Below are positions 40,994 to 53,545 of a DNA stretch of 64,000 nucleotides, piece after piece. How positions within the stretch are numbered: the first letter of the stretch is position 1; each line of letters opens with the position of its first letter. This DNA is from an uncultured Planctomycetaceae bacterium (GTDB taxonomy: Bacteria; Planctomycetota; Planctomycetia; Isosphaerales; Isosphaeraceae), in NCBI GenBank assembly GCA_963833985.1, contig CAWIAD010000001.1, positions 576,001 through 640,000 on the forward strand. Reading direction: 5' to 3'. The notes under the pieces were generated by a model. It searched no databases. It was not told where the DNA came from and saw nothing but the letters and a program-made list of their open reading frames with translations. The translations under genes were made by a program, and so were the position numbers.

Positions 40994-41714
40994 CTCTCGA
41001 GGTCTCCTCTTTCGGAGTGGAAGCGGGAGTGATTCTTGCGGTCAAACCATGGCGCATCCGGCATTCCAGGCAATCCGGTTTGGGACGAGCCTATTCGATT
41101 GATCTGATCCACGCAATTTGATGACGATGAAGTTTGAATGAAGAAATGCGAGTCAACTGATTCAAAACGGGATGGAAACGGTGTCACCGGGCGGTTGGCG
41201 GCTCAGGATCCACCGATCCCGGAAGAGCATGATCCGCTTCGCTCAAAGCCGGGCCCAGTGTACCCCGCTGTTCGACTCACCGGCGAGCTTCCGGCAACTT
41301 CAGTTCGGCCGCGAGGTGCTGCCATGCGTCCGGCACCCTTCGTCCGGTCCGGAGGTGATCAACTCCGGCCGCCGCCGGACGGCGCCCATCAACTGGCTGA
41401 TCCTGCCTTGCCAGCACAGCCACGAACACCCCCTCCACACACAGCGTTCAGCCCCGATTGAACGGGAGTCATCGGCCCATCGGTGCGACGGTGAAGAAGA
41501 TTTTGGTGTTTGTTGTCCTCCGGGGGAGAGTCCGGTCGTTAGGATCTCTCAGATCACAAGCCGCCCCGCTGGCGCGGATAAAGTCAACTCTCACGTCGAG
41601 CTTGGTGCCCCTGTCGCAGCATCAGGGACGCCGCGCTGCGAGCCGAGTCTGTTCACCTGATTCTCGGGAACTGCTTCCGAATGGCAACCCTCACTTATAT
41701 CCATGGAGTTATAC

Positions 41715-42833
41715 ATGAAAACGAGTCCTGCGCGGCGAGTTTTTCTGGCGGGAGCGGTCGGGTCGAACGTCGCGGCGTTGCTCGCGCCGCAATGGCTCCG
41801 GGCGCAGGCCGACACGGAGGATCCGCGGGTTGCGAAGGTCCTGGCCGGCACCATCGGCATCGACATGCACAACCATGTCACACCCGGGGGGGCAAGGCCG
41901 GAGCCCGGTCGGAAGAAGCAAGAGAAGTCAGAGTCCAGACTGGACCTGGCCGACGAGATCAAGCGCTCGGGGTTCACGGCCGTCTGCGCGGCCCTCCGCC
42001 TCGACTTCAACGCCCGCGAGCCCTATGCCACGTTCCTGCACGGGCTCAGCGCCGTCGACGGCCTGCTGGGAAGAGACCGCCTGACCCGCGCCATGAACCT
42101 GAAAGACCTCCAGGTGGCACACGAAGAGGGCCAGCCGGCCATCGTCCAGTCGATCGAAGGGGCGCACTTCCTTGAAGGGCACCTTGAACGGGTGCAAGAG
42201 GTGTACCAGCGCGGGTTACGGCACCTCCAGTTGCTGCACGATCAAGGCGATAAGCTCGAGTCGCTCGGCGACATCTACACCGAGTCGCCCCGCCTGGGCG
42301 GGCTGACCCGCTTCGGCGCGGCCGTCGTCAAGGAGTGCAACCGGCTGGGCATCGTTGTCGACCTTGCCCACGCCAGCCACGAGACGGTGCTCGGCGCGCT
42401 GAAGGTTTCCACGCAGCCCGTGATCATCTCCCACACCAGCCTCGACACGCGGGCGGGCAAGAACCCCCGGATGGCCCGCATGATGGCCCCGCGGCTGATC
42501 AGCAAGGAGAAGGCCCGCGTGGTCGCCGGCGCCGGCGGAGTGATCGGCGTGTGGACCAAGCTGTCCGACTCGATGAGCGAGTATGTCGCGGGCATCAAGG
42601 CGCTGGTGGACGCTATCGGCATCGACCACGTTGGTATGGGCACCGACAGCGACATCCTCTCCTCCCGGGTCGGCCAGTCCACCAACGCCGCCTGGCCCGG
42701 CCTGTCCGGCGGATTCTTCCAGGCGGCTGTCGCGGAGATGCTGCGACAGGGCTTCACGCCCGGCGAGATCGGCAAGATCGGCGGCGGAAACTTTTGCAGG
42801 GTTTTCGAGAAGGTCACGTCCGGTCACGCCTGA
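41715..42833 (+). CDS. Tat-exported membrane dipeptidase (peptidase M19 family)
   Basis: RRVFL twin-arginine signal; DMHNH, SIEG, VDLAHAS, ISHT, DHVGMGTD. Confidence 0.85.
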   Translation: MKTSPARRVFLAGAVGSNVAALLAPQWLRAQADTEDPRVAKVLAGTIGIDMHNHVTPGGARPEPGRKKQEKSESRLDLADEIKRSGFTAVCAALRLDFNAREPYATFLHGLSAVDGLLGRDRLTRAMNLKDLQVAHEEGQPAIVQSIEGAHFLEGHLERVQEVYQRGLRHLQLLHDQGDKLESLGDIYTESPRLGGLTRFGAAVVKECNRLGIVVDLAHASHETVLGALKVSTQPVIISHTSLDTRAGKNPRMARMMAPRLISKEKARVVAGAGGVIGVWTKLSDSMSEYVAGIKALVDAIGIDHVGMGTDSDILSSRVGQSTNAAWPGLSGGFFQAAVAEMLRQGFTPGEIGKIGGGNFCRVFEKVTSGHA

Positions 42834-42948
42834 GGCGCCTTGGTCCACCGCCGGGCGTTCAACCGAGGTTCTGCCAGGGCAAGGATGTCGGTTGAACCCG
42901 AGGCGTCGATCAATGGCATCGTCCCACAATGGCCACGGCGCGCCGACC

Positions 42949-42978
42949 GTAGGGTGGGTCAGCGTAGCGCAACCCACC
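42949..42978 (+). repeat. GTAG-type REP palindrome
   Basis: GTAG-GGTGGGTC-AGCGTAGCGC-AACCCACC. Confidence 0.6.
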
Positions 42979-43340
42979 GGCTGGCAGGGCCTTGCGTGCG
43001 CCGAACCGCACACGCCGTACGACATCCTGGGACGATCCCCGATCAATCCGAGCTTGATGCAGCGGGCGCCCTCAGCGTAGACCGGTTCCAGAGCTTCCTG
43101 GAGTGCCGCGCCGATCGAAGACGGGATTCACGCGCAGCGTTCACCCGGGGCCGGCAGGGCAGAGAGAGTCCGAAGGCGGGCAGCCCTTTGCAACGCGGCA
43201 CGCTGGAACGACGATGAGGCGCACGTTGCGATGATGCAGCATCTCTCGTCCCTGTAAAAGCCTCGCTCCGCGGCCGGCCGATTTGCTATTCTCATGCCAG
43301 AAGCCCCTTAATATCGCCGAGATAGGGACGAAGATCTATC

Positions 43341-45119
43341 ATGACAAAAGCACAACGGGGAGGTTCCGCCCAGGGTGGCATGAACGGCGGACCGGCCGGC
43401 GCGGCCCGAGGCGCGGACAGGAAGAAGAATCGCCGCGAGTCGATCGAATCATTCATCGTGGTCTTCGTGGCGTTTCTTGTCTTCAGCATCGAAGCCGAGG
43501 GCTATGTGATCCCGACCGGTTCGATGGCGCCCACGCTCATGGGCCGGCACAAGGAGGTCGTCTGCCCGGAGTGCGGCACCCAGTACACGGTCAACGCCGA
43601 TTCCGAGGTGGACAGCAATGGATCGGGCAGGCCGACGGGGCTGCGGGTGACCTGGGGAACGTGCCAGGACTGCCGGCACACCACCCGGATCGATGACACG
43701 CCGAGCTTCGCGGGCGACCGCATCTACGCGATGAAGCAGGGGCTGAACTTGCCGCTGGTACCCCAGGCCGGGAAGGTCGGGCCGGATCGCTGGGAAGTGA
43801 CCGTCTTCCGGCTTCCCGAAGATCCGCAGATTCGCTACATCAAACGCCTGGTTGGCCTCCCCAACGAGACGATCCGTATCCGCCAGGGCGATCTCTGGCG
43901 CCGTTCCCACGCTGCCGCCGGCGCTGCTGCCGGTCCGTTCCAGCGGCTCCGCCGGCCCCTGGCCCATGAGATGGCCATGCTTGTCCCGGTGCACGATGAC
44001 GCCCATCGCGCACGCTCGCTGGCCACGGACCCTCGCTGGAAACGCTGGGTTCCCGAGGCCTCGGGATGGGAAGAATCCGCCGCGGGCAGCTACGGCTTTC
44101 GTGCCGCGGGAGGCACCTGGGCGGAGATTCGCTATCGCAACGTGGTTCCTGATCCCGCGCAGTGGCAGGCCATCACGGCCGGTGAGCCATTGCCGGGGGC
44201 TCCGCGGGCCACCCTGATCACGGATTTCTGTTCGTACAACACCGATCTCACGGTGCGGGGGCGGAGCGACCTCCGGGCCGCGGCCCGGCCCTGGTTCCAG
44301 CCGCACTGGGTGGGCGATCTGGTGCTGTCGTGCCGGGTCGATGTCCGGAAGGCCGGCGGAAAGCTCCGACTCGAGCTCGTCAAGGCGGGCGTGCCCGAGC
44401 ACTGCGAGCTGGACCTCGCCACCGGCCTGGCCACACTGTTGCGTGGTAACCGGCCGCTGGGCGAAGCCCGGGCGACGAACGTGCACATCCCCGGCGCTCA
44501 CGAGCTCACCTTCGCGAATATCGATGGCCGCCTTTCGCTCATCGTCGATGGGGCCTTGCCATTCGGGGAAGGGCGCACCTGGTCGGAAGACGATGTCGCG
44601 GCCGCCAGCGCGCCCACGGCCGCCGACCTTCAGCCCGCAGCCGTTGCGGCCCGTGACGCCGACCTGGGGATCACGGGACTGGTTCTGAAGCGCGACATCT
44701 ATTACACGCAGGAGCCCGCGGAACCCGACCAGATGAACACCTACGAGACGCTTCTCGCGGGTCCCCGTGCGTTCTTCGACCTGCTTGCCGACCCCGCTCG
44801 GTATGCCAGCCTGGAGACGCCGGCCGGGCGCGACTATCCGCTGGGGCCGAAGTCGTACCTGATGCTGGGCGACAACAGCCCCTGGAGCAGGGACGGCCGA
44901 GCCTGGGGGACGAACGATCAGCGGGATCCGGATGATCCCGACCGCGGCTGGGATGATTCCGGGCGAGCGGCCTGGGAAGTTCCTGAAGCTCTCGTCATCG
45001 GCAAGGCCTTTTGCGTTTACTGGCCGCATCTCACGCCCGTGTGGCCCGAGTTTCGCTTTGGAGATGATCTGAGATTTCCGTTCCGGCCCAGCGTGGAGCG
45101 CATGCGCTGGATTCGCTAG
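43341..45119 (+). CDS. lepB: Signal peptidase I (S26) with large insertions
   Basis: IPTGSMAPTL (catalytic Ser), YIKRL (catalytic Lys), MLGDNSPWSRDGR, IGKAF; CPEC/CQDC insert. Confidence 0.85.
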   Translation: MTKAQRGGSAQGGMNGGPAGAARGADRKKNRRESIESFIVVFVAFLVFSIEAEGYVIPTGSMAPTLMGRHKEVVCPECGTQYTVNADSEVDSNGSGRPTGLRVTWGTCQDCRHTTRIDDTPSFAGDRIYAMKQGLNLPLVPQAGKVGPDRWEVTVFRLPEDPQIRYIKRLVGLPNETIRIRQGDLWRRSHAAAGAAAGPFQRLRRPLAHEMAMLVPVHDDAHRARSLATDPRWKRWVPEASGWEESAAGSYGFRAAGGTWAEIRYRNVVPDPAQWQAITAGEPLPGAPRATLITDFCSYNTDLTVRGRSDLRAAARPWFQPHWVGDLVLSCRVDVRKAGGKLRLELVKAGVPEHCELDLATGLATLLRGNRPLGEARATNVHIPGAHELTFANIDGRLSLIVDGALPFGEGRTWSEDDVAAASAPTAADLQPAAVAARDADLGITGLVLKRDIYYTQEPAEPDQMNTYETLLAGPRAFFDLLADPARYASLETPAGRDYPLGPKSYLMLGDNSPWSRDGRAWGTNDQRDPDDPDRGWDDSGRAAWEVPEALVIGKAFCVYWPHLTPVWPEFRFGDDLRFPFRPSVERMRWIR

Positions 45120-45181
45120 CCTGGATTTTGACTCGCTCGGAGGGCCGCGGCCAGCGCGGCCGGACCCGCCTTGCCCGGCTA

Positions 45182-45209
45182 TTGACTCGCCCGAAGATCG
45201 TCATAGACT
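45182..45209 (+). promoter_or_regulatory. Putative sigma70 promoter upstream of ECF sigma gene
   Basis: TTGACT-N16-TAGACT. Confidence 0.45.
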
Positions 45210-45310
45210 TTCTCTTACGAACAAGCGGCGGGTCCCCGGCCCGCGTGTTGCCCGGCGCTCTTCGCCGTTCCTGGCAGGGAATTGAACTTTCGTCGTGAGC
45301 GGTGCGTACC

Positions 45311-45952
45311 ATGGTTAGGACCGTCACCTCGGAACAGGCAGTCGACCTCGTCCAGTCCACGGACGAGGAACTGATGAGCCGCTACCGTGACGATGGTTCT
45401 GAAGCCGTGTTCACAGAGCTGGTTCACCGCTACGAGCGAGAACTCTATCGCTATCTGGCCCGCTACCTCGGTGATCCCACGCTGGCAGACGACGTGTTCC
45501 AGAACACGTTTCTTCAGGTTCACCTGAAGCGAGGATTGTACGAGAACGGCCGCCCGTTCCGGCCGTGGCTGTATGCCATCGGCACGCATCAGGCGGTCGA
45601 TGCACTGCGGAAAGCGGGGAGACATCCAACCGTCAGCCTGGACCAGCGCGTGACCACCGGACAGCGCGAGTCGGAGGCGGGATCTCTGCTGGACCTGCTG
45701 ATCAGGGAGGACTCGGGGCCTCTCGCGGAGCTGCAAGAGCAAGAGCGGCAGCAGTGGGTGCGCCAGAGCATCGAGCGTCTACCCGACGCCCTCCGCCAGA
45801 CCTTGATCCTTGCGTATCACCAGGACCTCAAGTACCGAGAAATCGCCGAGATCCTCAAGATTCCGGTCGGCACCGTGAAGTCGCGATTGCACTCCGCACT
45901 GGCGAAGCTTCAGGAAATGGCGCGGAACGCCCATCGCGACGAGGAAGAATGA
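45311..45952 (+). CDS. ECF RNA polymerase sigma factor
   Basis: DEELM, ADDVFQNTFL, FRPWLYAI, YREIAEILKIPVGTVKSRLH. Confidence 0.95.
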   Translation: MVRTVTSEQAVDLVQSTDEELMSRYRDDGSEAVFTELVHRYERELYRYLARYLGDPTLADDVFQNTFLQVHLKRGLYENGRPFRPWLYAIGTHQAVDALRKAGRHPTVSLDQRVTTGQRESEAGSLLDLLIREDSGPLAELQEQERQQWVRQSIERLPDALRQTLILAYHQDLKYREIAEILKIPVGTVKSRLHSALAKLQEMARNAHRDEEE

Positions 45953-45956
45953 CGCC

Positions 45957-46928
45957 ATGAACGCCGAGCTCATGATCGACTTCGTGCTAGGTCAACTCGA
46001 TGACACCGACCGCGAGCACGTGGAGTACTCCCTCAGGTCTGATCCCGAGCTTGCGGCCCGAGCCGAACGGTTGAGCAAGGCCATGACCTTGCTGCTCGAT
46101 GACGGCGAGCCCTTCGAGCCGCCCGCCGAGCTGGCGCGGCACACGCTCGAGATGGTCGCGCAGGCAAGACAGAAACCGCATTCGATATTGGACTATGTGC
46201 CGGCACGCGTCCCTTTTCAGTGGGCGGACTTTGCCGTTGCTGCCAGCATCTTCATTGCGGGCGTGCTCACCTTGCTGCCCGCGATCACAAACTCCCGCGC
46301 ACGGATGCGCCAGGCCGGTTGCGTGTACAACCTTGAGCAGCTCGGCAAGAGCCTTGCGCAATATGCCACGATCAACCCGTTCTATCCCTACCCGCCGATC
46401 CAGCAGGCGGATGCCCACGCCGGAACCTTCGCGGCGGTGCTCCACGATTCCGGCGTGCTCGGCGACCTCTCAATCCTGGACTGCCCCTACAATGGCCCCT
46501 GTCCTGAGCACATGACCGACCTTCCCAGCTTCGAGGAGCTGCGGCGGATTCGCGCCGTCAATCCCGACCTCTATCGGCGGATCATGTGCTGGGACTACGC
46601 GTACAATGCAGGCTATCTCCACGACTCCGGCAGACCCGGTCCGGTGGAGTCGCGTCTGCCGATGGCCGTCCCCGTCGTGGCCGACCAGCCCCCGCACGAA
46701 AACTACGTGCGGATTCTGGACGGCAACAGCCCCAACCATGACCGCCGGGGCCAGAATGTGCTCTACAGCGACGGCAGCGTCCGCTGGCATTCCTCGCGCC
46801 GCGTCGGCCCGCACGATGCGGACCTGTACCTGAACAACCATCAGCAGCTTGAGCCCGGCGTTGATGAGAACGACTCGGTGCTCCTGCCCAGCTACAGCAG
46901 GTTCATCCCGGCGCAACTGTCGCAGTGA
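45957..46928 (+). CDS. Putative anti-sigma factor with DUF1559/H-X9-DG-like extracytoplasmic domain
   Basis: LIDFVLGQLD anti-sigma-like N-terminus, one TM segment, CVYNLEQLG, NHDRRGQNVLYSDGSV. Confidence 0.75.
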   Translation: MNAELMIDFVLGQLDDTDREHVEYSLRSDPELAARAERLSKAMTLLLDDGEPFEPPAELARHTLEMVAQARQKPHSILDYVPARVPFQWADFAVAASIFIAGVLTLLPAITNSRARMRQAGCVYNLEQLGKSLAQYATINPFYPYPPIQQADAHAGTFAAVLHDSGVLGDLSILDCPYNGPCPEHMTDLPSFEELRRIRAVNPDLYRRIMCWDYAYNAGYLHDSGRPGPVESRLPMAVPVVADQPPHENYVRILDGNSPNHDRRGQNVLYSDGSVRWHSSRRVGPHDADLYLNNHQQLEPGVDENDSVLLPSYSRFIPAQLSQ

Positions 46929-47330
46929 CAGACATCGCCCATCGTCACTCAGCCGTGACGGCCGTTGCTCGCCAACGGGTCGAGCACCCCCGGCCGATCA
47001 AGCAAAGGGCCTGAGCACCGCCACGGGGGGCCGGGGCACCAGGCCATGCGCCCGAGCTCGGTAGGTCATCCAGGCGATCGCCGGCGATCCGCCATCGCGC
47101 AGGTTGAAAAGACGTCAAGCGGCCACAGAGCGCCCACGACGGTGCAGGCAATCCGCGCCGGCTGATACGTCGCCGGTCCGCCGGAACCCGATCCTCCAGC
47201 ACTGATCATGGAGATTCGCTGGGAGGGACGTCGCGGTATCCCGGCTTCCGGCTGATTGTTAAACTATGAGCCCCCGGGCTATCCAGGTCCGCGGCCGGCC
47301 GGCGGTTCAACTTTCGGGAGACATACGGCG

Positions 47331-48548
47331 TTGGCGCTCGTGATCAAGGCGCTCGTGATCGTTTGCAACCTGGCGCTGCTGCCGTACTTCGGGATGGTCC
47401 TCGTGACGGCGCTGGTGGCGCTTTGCCGGCGCCGCAAGGCGAAAGGCCAGGCCATTCCTCAGAAGCGTTTCCTGATCGTGATCCCGGCGCACGACGAGGA
47501 ATCGGGAATCGCGGCGACTGTTCGAAGCTGTCTGGCTGTGGACTATCCCGCGGAGCTCTTCGAGGTCCTCGTGATTGCCGACAACTGCACCGACGCAACG
47601 GCCGCCGTGGCCCGAGGCGAAGGTGCGACGGTGGTCGAGCGGCACGATCCGGAGAAGAAGAGCAAGGGCCACGCGATCCGGTTCCTGCTCGACGGCCTCC
47701 AGGAATCGGGCCGGTTCGACTTGCTGGACGCACTCGTCATCATTGACGCCGACACCACCGTGGATGCGGGCCTGCTGCGCACCTTCGCCACGATGGTCGA
47801 GGGCGGCGCAGAGTGGATCCAGTGCTTCTACGGCGTTGCCAACCCCGATGCCTCGTGGCGCACGCGGCTCATGGCCTACGCGTTTTGCCTGTTCAACGGA
47901 GTGACGCCCCTGGGGCAGTCGATCCTGGGCATGAGCGCCGGGTTCCGGGGTAACGGGATGTGCTTGACCACGAGCGGGCTGAGGCGTGTGCCCTGGAAGA
48001 GCTACGGCCTCGTCGAGGACATGGAATACTCGTGGAACGTACGCATCGCCGGCGGGAAGATTGCGTTCCTGGCCGATGCCCGGGTTTCAGGCGCGATGCT
48101 GGGGCAGGGGGGGAAGGCGGCGGTCGCCCAGCGGAAGCGCTGGGAGTTCGGCCGGCGCGAGGTCGCCAGGCGTGCCTTGCCGCCCTTGCTGCGATCACCT
48201 CATCTCGGCCTGCTGGAGAAATTCGCCTCGGTACTCGAGCTCACCATGCCGCCCATGGTGATGCTCATTTTCTACTATCTTTGCGCGGTCACGGCCAACG
48301 TCCTCGTCCTGCGGTCGGCGGGCGTGGCAGCCGCGCTGGCCCTCTTCTTGACGGTCAGCAGTTGCGTCATGACGCTGGCACTGCTCGTGCATGCCATCTG
48401 CCCGTTCTTCGTTTACGGGCTTCCCTGGAGCTATCTCTGGACTCTCTTCTACGTGCCGTTCTACGCGTTCTGGAAGCTGCTGGCGACGCTCGGCGCACGC
48501 CCCACTCAGTGGGTGCGCACAGCGCGTGAGGAGCCGGCGAAGCGTTGA
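47331..48548 (+). CDS. Glycosyltransferase family 2 (processive, cellulose-synthase-like)
   Basis: IPAHDEE, IADNCTD, IDADT, VEDME, QRKRW (QxxRW); start uncertain (47256-47331). Confidence 0.9.
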   Translation: MALVIKALVIVCNLALLPYFGMVLVTALVALCRRRKAKGQAIPQKRFLIVIPAHDEESGIAATVRSCLAVDYPAELFEVLVIADNCTDATAAVARGEGATVVERHDPEKKSKGHAIRFLLDGLQESGRFDLLDALVIIDADTTVDAGLLRTFATMVEGGAEWIQCFYGVANPDASWRTRLMAYAFCLFNGVTPLGQSILGMSAGFRGNGMCLTTSGLRRVPWKSYGLVEDMEYSWNVRIAGGKIAFLADARVSGAMLGQGGKAAVAQRKRWEFGRREVARRALPPLLRSPHLGLLEKFASVLELTMPPMVMLIFYYLCAVTANVLVLRSAGVAAALALFLTVSSCVMTLALLVHAICPFFVYGLPWSYLWTLFYVPFYAFWKLLATLGARPTQWVRTAREEPAKR

Positions 48549-48758
48549 ATCAGAGACAGGTCGCCCGGCCCCTCGAAACCCCGGACGCGGCAGGCGGAGC
48601 GAGTCGTCAGAAAGGAGCTATGCCGAGCCGGACGAGTCAACCCGGTAGATAGATTGGAGTGGATAATTAGAACGGGCAAAAAATCGCAAGCGAATAAATG
48701 GGACCGTCGAAAAAATCAACATCGGGGGTTCGGCGAAGTGTCATTCCTGTCGCACTGA

Positions 48759-48787
48759 TTGACCAATATCCCAATACTAGATATTGT
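48759..48787 (+). promoter_or_regulatory. sigma70 promoter with overlapping inverted repeat (candidate TA operator)
   Basis: TTGACC-N17-TATTGT; CAATATC-N9-GATATTG at 48764..48786. Confidence 0.6.
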
Positions 48788-48839
48788 ACTACCAGGCAGA
48801 CCGAATAAAAGCTAGAATTATCGCGTAACAGGATAATCG

Positions 48840-49268
48840 ATGTGGGGATTTATCAAGAGCCGCCAGTGCGATCGCCGACTCAAGCAGTACCGGAAAAGCA
48901 AAAACAAGAAGGCCCAGTTGAACGCGGTTCTCAACAACCTCGATCTCTTCCAAAAGTCGCTCATCAGTGGCAGGAAGCCGAGGCCGCCCATTTACGGTTT
49001 CTTGCACGAAGAGCCGGCGGGTTTTTTCGCGATCACCGAGCAGGGGGGTGGCGCAAATGTTGCAGCGACGAGACTCTACGTCTACCCGGACACAGAGACC
49101 GAAACCATTTACCTGCTGACGTTGGGTGATAAGTCGACTCAGACAGAAGACATCAGTCACTGTAAGATTCTTGTCAAAGACATCCGAGCCAATCCAGACA
49201 AGGGGAGAGGTGATGGCCACAGCGACGAAGACGACGAACGAGGAAAACGAGAGGATAACCACTCGTGA
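48840..49268 (+). CDS. Divergent RelE/HigB-like toxin
   Basis: Basic N-terminus; TRLYVY...YLLTLGDKSTQTEDI resembles the GGDKSTQxxDI addiction-module killer motif; upstream of an HTH gene; low GC. Confidence 0.65.
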   Translation: MWGFIKSRQCDRRLKQYRKSKNKKAQLNAVLNNLDLFQKSLISGRKPRPPIYGFLHEEPAGFFAITEQGGGANVAATRLYVYPDTETETIYLLTLGDKSTQTEDISHCKILVKDIRANPDKGRGDGHSDEDDERGKREDNHS

Positions 49269-49866
49269 CATGGAGTTCGTGGGAAAGAGATACTCCACTG
49301 TGTCTGAGATGGTTCGAGACACGGCTGATGCCGGGTTTGCGGACGAGTTTGACAGGTTCCAGGCCGATCGACGGCTGGTGAATGTGTTGAGCATCCTTCG
49401 ATGTTTCAACGGTGTTTCGCAAGTAGAGCTGGCGAGCAAGATTGGATGCGCGCAGTCGAAGATCTCCAAGATCGAGTCTGCGACGGACGCGGATCTCAAT
49501 TTCGGCGATATCATCAAGTACGCGCTAGCCTTGGACCAATCGATCCAGCTGACGTTCGCTCCATTACGACGGAATGGAGTAGACCACATTCGGTTCCACG
49601 CCGAGTGCATCAAGAACCAGCTGAGCAGCTTGGCGAAGATCGCGGGCAACGACAAACAAATCGGCGATGGCGTCGAGGAGTTCGCGATCGAGACGGTTCA
49701 GACCTTGGTTGCGAACATCGAGTCTGTCCTCGATAGACTTCCCCACGGAGTGCAACGCGAGAGCCCCCCCATCTGCGTGGAAGCAGAAGGTCGAGGGGGA
49801 CACACGTTGAATCTTGATGCACCCAAAAATGCTCGGCGCGTCGCCAAGAAACCACAGTCCACTTGA
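49213..49866 (+). CDS. XRE-family HTH protein, putative HigA-like antitoxin with C-terminal extension
   Basis: GVSQVELASKIGCAQSKISKIES helix-turn-helix; overlaps the toxin 3' end. Confidence 0.78.
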   Translation: MATATKTTNEENERITTRDMEFVGKRYSTVSEMVRDTADAGFADEFDRFQADRRLVNVLSILRCFNGVSQVELASKIGCAQSKISKIESATDADLNFGDIIKYALALDQSIQLTFAPLRRNGVDHIRFHAECIKNQLSSLAKIAGNDKQIGDGVEEFAIETVQTLVANIESVLDRLPHGVQRESPPICVEAEGRGGHTLNLDAPKNARRVAKKPQST

Positions 49867-50530
49867 GTTGGAGAAAGTCCAGACACGCACTGTTCACTCA
49901 CTCCCGCGCCGGCTCTCCTCTTGCGCCGGTTGAAGCATCCTGTCTAAGATCATCCACGCCCCGCATTCTCCTGCTTGCCAATCCGCAATGTCCGGACCGC
50001 CAGCCCGGCTCGCTCGTCCGATTCACGTCCCAGCAGTTCTTCTGTGACCCAGCTATCGCATCAATCAACCACCATCTCCCGGAAGCACCAGGCTGGCGCC
50101 ATGCCGGATTTGCATAAAAACTTCACGTACTGCGCCGATACCGTTTCTGATCATTTTTCGGTGCTCTAGATTGTTGCATGCTCACGACTTTAAAAATACG
50201 TAAGTCATTGCCATAAAATTATTTATGGCGCGCGCAAAGAGCCGAGAGTTGCTGCAACAGCACAACGGGTTGAGGCTCGCGGGCTGCCGCCGGTGCGCTG
50301 GCCGGAGACTTCCAAACCCTTGCGGAACGCCGAAAAACTCGGTTTTATGGGCAGGATGGGTCCAAGGACGTGGAACAGCGAGGGGGAGAACCCCGGGTGC
50401 CTGTTCCGGACTTCGATCCGTGTCGATCGAAGGCCGATCGAAGCCAGTGCAACGCCCGCCGCAGGATTCGCGGGGTGATCCGGCGAACACTGGAAAACCA
50501 GGCATATGATGTTGAATGAGCGATTTCTGA

Positions 50531-52844
<2,314 letters not shown>

Positions 52845-52862
52845 GACGACCCCGGCCGAGGT

Positions 52863-52898
52863 GAACCACGAAAGGTGCCCAGGCACTCCTCGTGGTTC
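52863..52898. terminator. Hairpin between convergent genes
   Basis: GAACCACGA...GTGCC-CA-GGCAC...TCGTGGTTC. Confidence 0.5.
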
Positions 52899-52949
52899 CT
52901 GTGCCGTCGCAGCCAGTCTGTGGACAGACCGACTCAGCCCCGGAGCTGC

Positions 52950-53289
52950 TCAACGCGAGGTTGGCGTTGTGCCCACCACGATCTGCTTGAGCTCGCCATA
53001 GATGCCGGCCGGAACGCCCACGAAGGTGGCCGCGGCAGTCTTCACGATCTTGTTGTCGCCCGAGGATTCCCAGTACTGCCGCGGCTTCGAAAACAGGGGA
53101 TGACGATCGACGTAGGTGACGGTCCTCTCGGGCGTCGCTTCGGTCACCGTGCCGTTGGAGTCAATCGAGCTCGAAGAGTGCCGGCTCAGGGGCCGAGGCG
53201 GTCCGGTGCGAACCCGCGGACTGGCACCCCGAGATGGCAAAGAACATCGCCGTCACCGCAGCAAGCCGCATCCATTGATGATGAGCCAT
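52950..53289 (-). CDS. Small putative lipoprotein (frameshift near 53190)
   Basis: MAHHQWMRLAAVTAMFFAISGC lipobox joined to ...YVDRHPLFSKPRQYW...GVPAGIYGELKQIVVG. Confidence 0.6.
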
Positions 53290-53545
53290 CGCCTTCCATC
53301 CTTTCCCACGGGATTCCGCCGTCCCTGCCTCGATCCCGCAACAAACAACCCATAATACACTTGAGCATACCCTCCAGTCCGCCGGACGACGGCCATTTCC
53401 GCTTCGTGACCCTTCAGAATATGATGAGGCGGGAGGCTTTGATGGAAGCAACGATGGGACGGTCCTTGCCGGTCCGGCCGAAGCGAGCACATCGACCGGA
53501 AATACAGTGCTCGATCGGCGTCTTGCCCGACGCGGAGGCGCGCTC

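Noticed and set aside
43449..45029. 526-aa minus-strand ORF (similarly 38612..40054 plus and 54244..55926 minus)
   Set aside because: Shadow ORFs opposite recognisable genes.
50110..50270. Possible Rex or sigma54 sites upstream of gap
   Set aside because: Only half-site or mis-spaced matches.
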